The position numbers and the translations under genes were made by a program. The notes below the pieces were generated by a model that worked only from the letters and a program-made list of their open reading frames with translations, was not told the DNA's origin and ran no database searches. Shown one piece after another: positions 61,690-64,000 of a DNA stretch of 64,000 nt (its first letter is position 1; each line of letters opens with the position of its first letter). The stretch lies in the NCBI RefSeq assembly GCF_009914755.1, contig NC_060926.1, one strand, 5' to 3'. Source of the stretch: the human T2T-CHM13v2.0 reference genome, Homo sapiens.

Positions 61690-61885
61690 GAACTTGAAGT
61701 CAAAACACTGGGACTCAAATTTAGAATTTGCTACTTAATGGCTGTATGATATTGATTGAGAACACTTTGGCATCTGTTTCTCATCTCTGTAGGTGGCATA
61801 ATAATTGCTACCTCACAAGATTATTCTTCAGATAAAAAATAGGATTTATGAAAATATCTAGTACTGTTCCTAGTGCATATTTGAT
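61690..61885 (+). mobile_element. MIR
   Basis: tctgtttctcatctctgtag...ataataattgctacctcacaagattatt. Confidence 0.65.
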
Positions 61886-62690
61886 TTAGGGCCTCATGTG
61901 AGACCCTAGGTACATAAAGGGTTAAAGGAGACATACAAAAGAAATGTATCGACTTTGCAAGTAAATTGCCACAATTTTGAATACTGAGGCAATTTGTATT
62001 TAATATCCACAGGGCTCAAGGATACAAGCTCACCTCTAGGGGATTAAAGCTGTGGGATGAGTGTGGAAAAAACTCATGGCTCTGGGTTTGTTCCAGGGTA
62101 AGCCTCAGGATATACTAAATTCAACTAGATTCAGGACACTACTAAGATAAAAGGCAGAATCAGAGCCATATTCAATTTGTAGGGCAAGTATACCAATAGT
62201 TGCTCCATGATACCAAAAGGATTTTCATTCCAATCACCATATCCTTCCCTTCACTATCTCTTCCTTCTTACTCTGTTTCTCTCTTCCTCTTTAGTATTTG
62301 AATCAGGGCTAACCTGGATCTAGAACAGAGAGACTGGATATTCTCAGAAGTGAAGAGTCCTGTGGTCACAGTACTATATTCCAGTGCTAAGATCTGTTCC
62401 TGTATTCCTCTGCTAGGCCTTCTGGAGTTACAAAATCACACTTTAGTTTCCCTTTATGTGACCCAGTCCTTAAATTAGAATTTAAATGGCTAGAGTAGAG
62501 GATCAGATGGATTTGGAAATTTGGACCTTGATGCACACAAAAATTGTATAAGGGCCCAAATATTAAAGAGTAGCTTTTTTTGTATGTGATAAAACATGAT
62601 TCTGAGCTACAGACCATATTCTTCACAAAATTTTAATAGCAAAGGAACTCCTACTAAATTTACCTTTCTCTTATGGATCAACATTATTGA

Positions 62691-63026
<336 letters not shown>

Positions 63027-64000
63027 CTAAATTTAGATAACTTTTTTAAAGGTACTGAGCCATTTAGAAACTCATGACTGAGGAATAACAACATCTAACA
63101 ATGATGGCAACAACAACAAAAATCTGCTTTACTGAAACCAAGAAATGCTTCTTAAAAATACATTTTTCATTTGTCTCATGGCAAGCATTTATTGAGTACT
63201 TAATCTATGTAGGGCCTTAGTCATTACAACTTCTGGTCTTCATTAATTTTTTTTATCATTCTAGTTCTTCCATTTTCCTCCTTTCTTTACTTTTATTTCT
63301 CTGTTTCATTATCATATTCTTTTTTTGAGAGTCCTATCATAGATCAGTGATGAAGCAGGCATCACTTATGCCTGCTTCATAAATTAATTCAGATATGTTT
63401 CAAACACATTAACTCACTACTTTTTCTGCTTCTTTTTACACACCTGTGCTCATAACCCTTTTTTTTTAGAAAATGTCACGATAACACAGATGTTAGAATT
63501 AAGCAAAAAGAAATGACCTGTATACCAATATGGGTATAAAAGTTTAAAATGTTAACCTATAAGAATCACTGGACATTAAAATTAAACATAACTTCAGAGA
63601 TCATTTAATCTAGCCATGCTTAGGAACCCTTGAGGTTTCAAAGTGTTAAAGGTGGTAATGACATCAGTTAGAATTTCCATTTTAAGTCACTAAACAAGTT
63701 TTGGGGTATCATGGAGTAATTTGTAGCAGACCAATATTCTATCAAAGACAATTAGAAAAACCAGAGACAAACATTTTAAAAAATAAAAAGGCTGCTTGGA
63801 AGCATCAGAGAGTTGCTGAGGCATCCAGGACTTGAGGATACAAGATCTGGAAGAGAAAGGGAGCTCACTGAGATGAATACAAAATGCCACATACCATATA
63901 TTTTTGGTGTTGAAAGAGAGGCAAAGAGGCTAAGAGAACTGCTGGCAAACTCACAGCTGGATAAACAAAAACGAGTTTGATGATGCCAGGGGAGCAAGAG

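Overview
Primate (almost certainly human) non-coding genomic DNA, AT-rich, with no CpG island. A large share is interspersed repeats: about 25 Alu/FLAM copies or fragments, L1 pieces of many ages, L2, MIR, CR1/L3, MaLR LTR elements (a near-complete MLT1C provirus, THE1D LTR plus internal region, an MSTB solo LTR) and DNA-transposon MITEs. There is also a 3'-truncated 5S rRNA retrocopy. I cannot recognise a protein-coding gene: the longest ORFs are dead L1 ORF2 pieces, and many others are Alu or microsatellite read-throughs. There is no prokaryote-type system and no CRISPR array. Signals the repeat map does not explain: (i) minus-strand splice donors with short ATG-led peptides or microexon-sized intervals in unique DNA, possibly alternative first exons or microexons of an unidentified host gene (speculative); (ii) a 161-bp locally templated copy inside an Alu tail; (iii) an L1PA16-like element with both ends and a TSD but most of its interior missing; (iv) a cluster of DR5-like motifs; (v) an exact 28-bp repeat 1.87 kb apart; (vi) a tiny TSD-flanked polyadenylated retrocopy of non-repeat sequence. 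Subfamily names are by-eye matches to remembered consensus sequences, and boundaries of old repeats are approximate.
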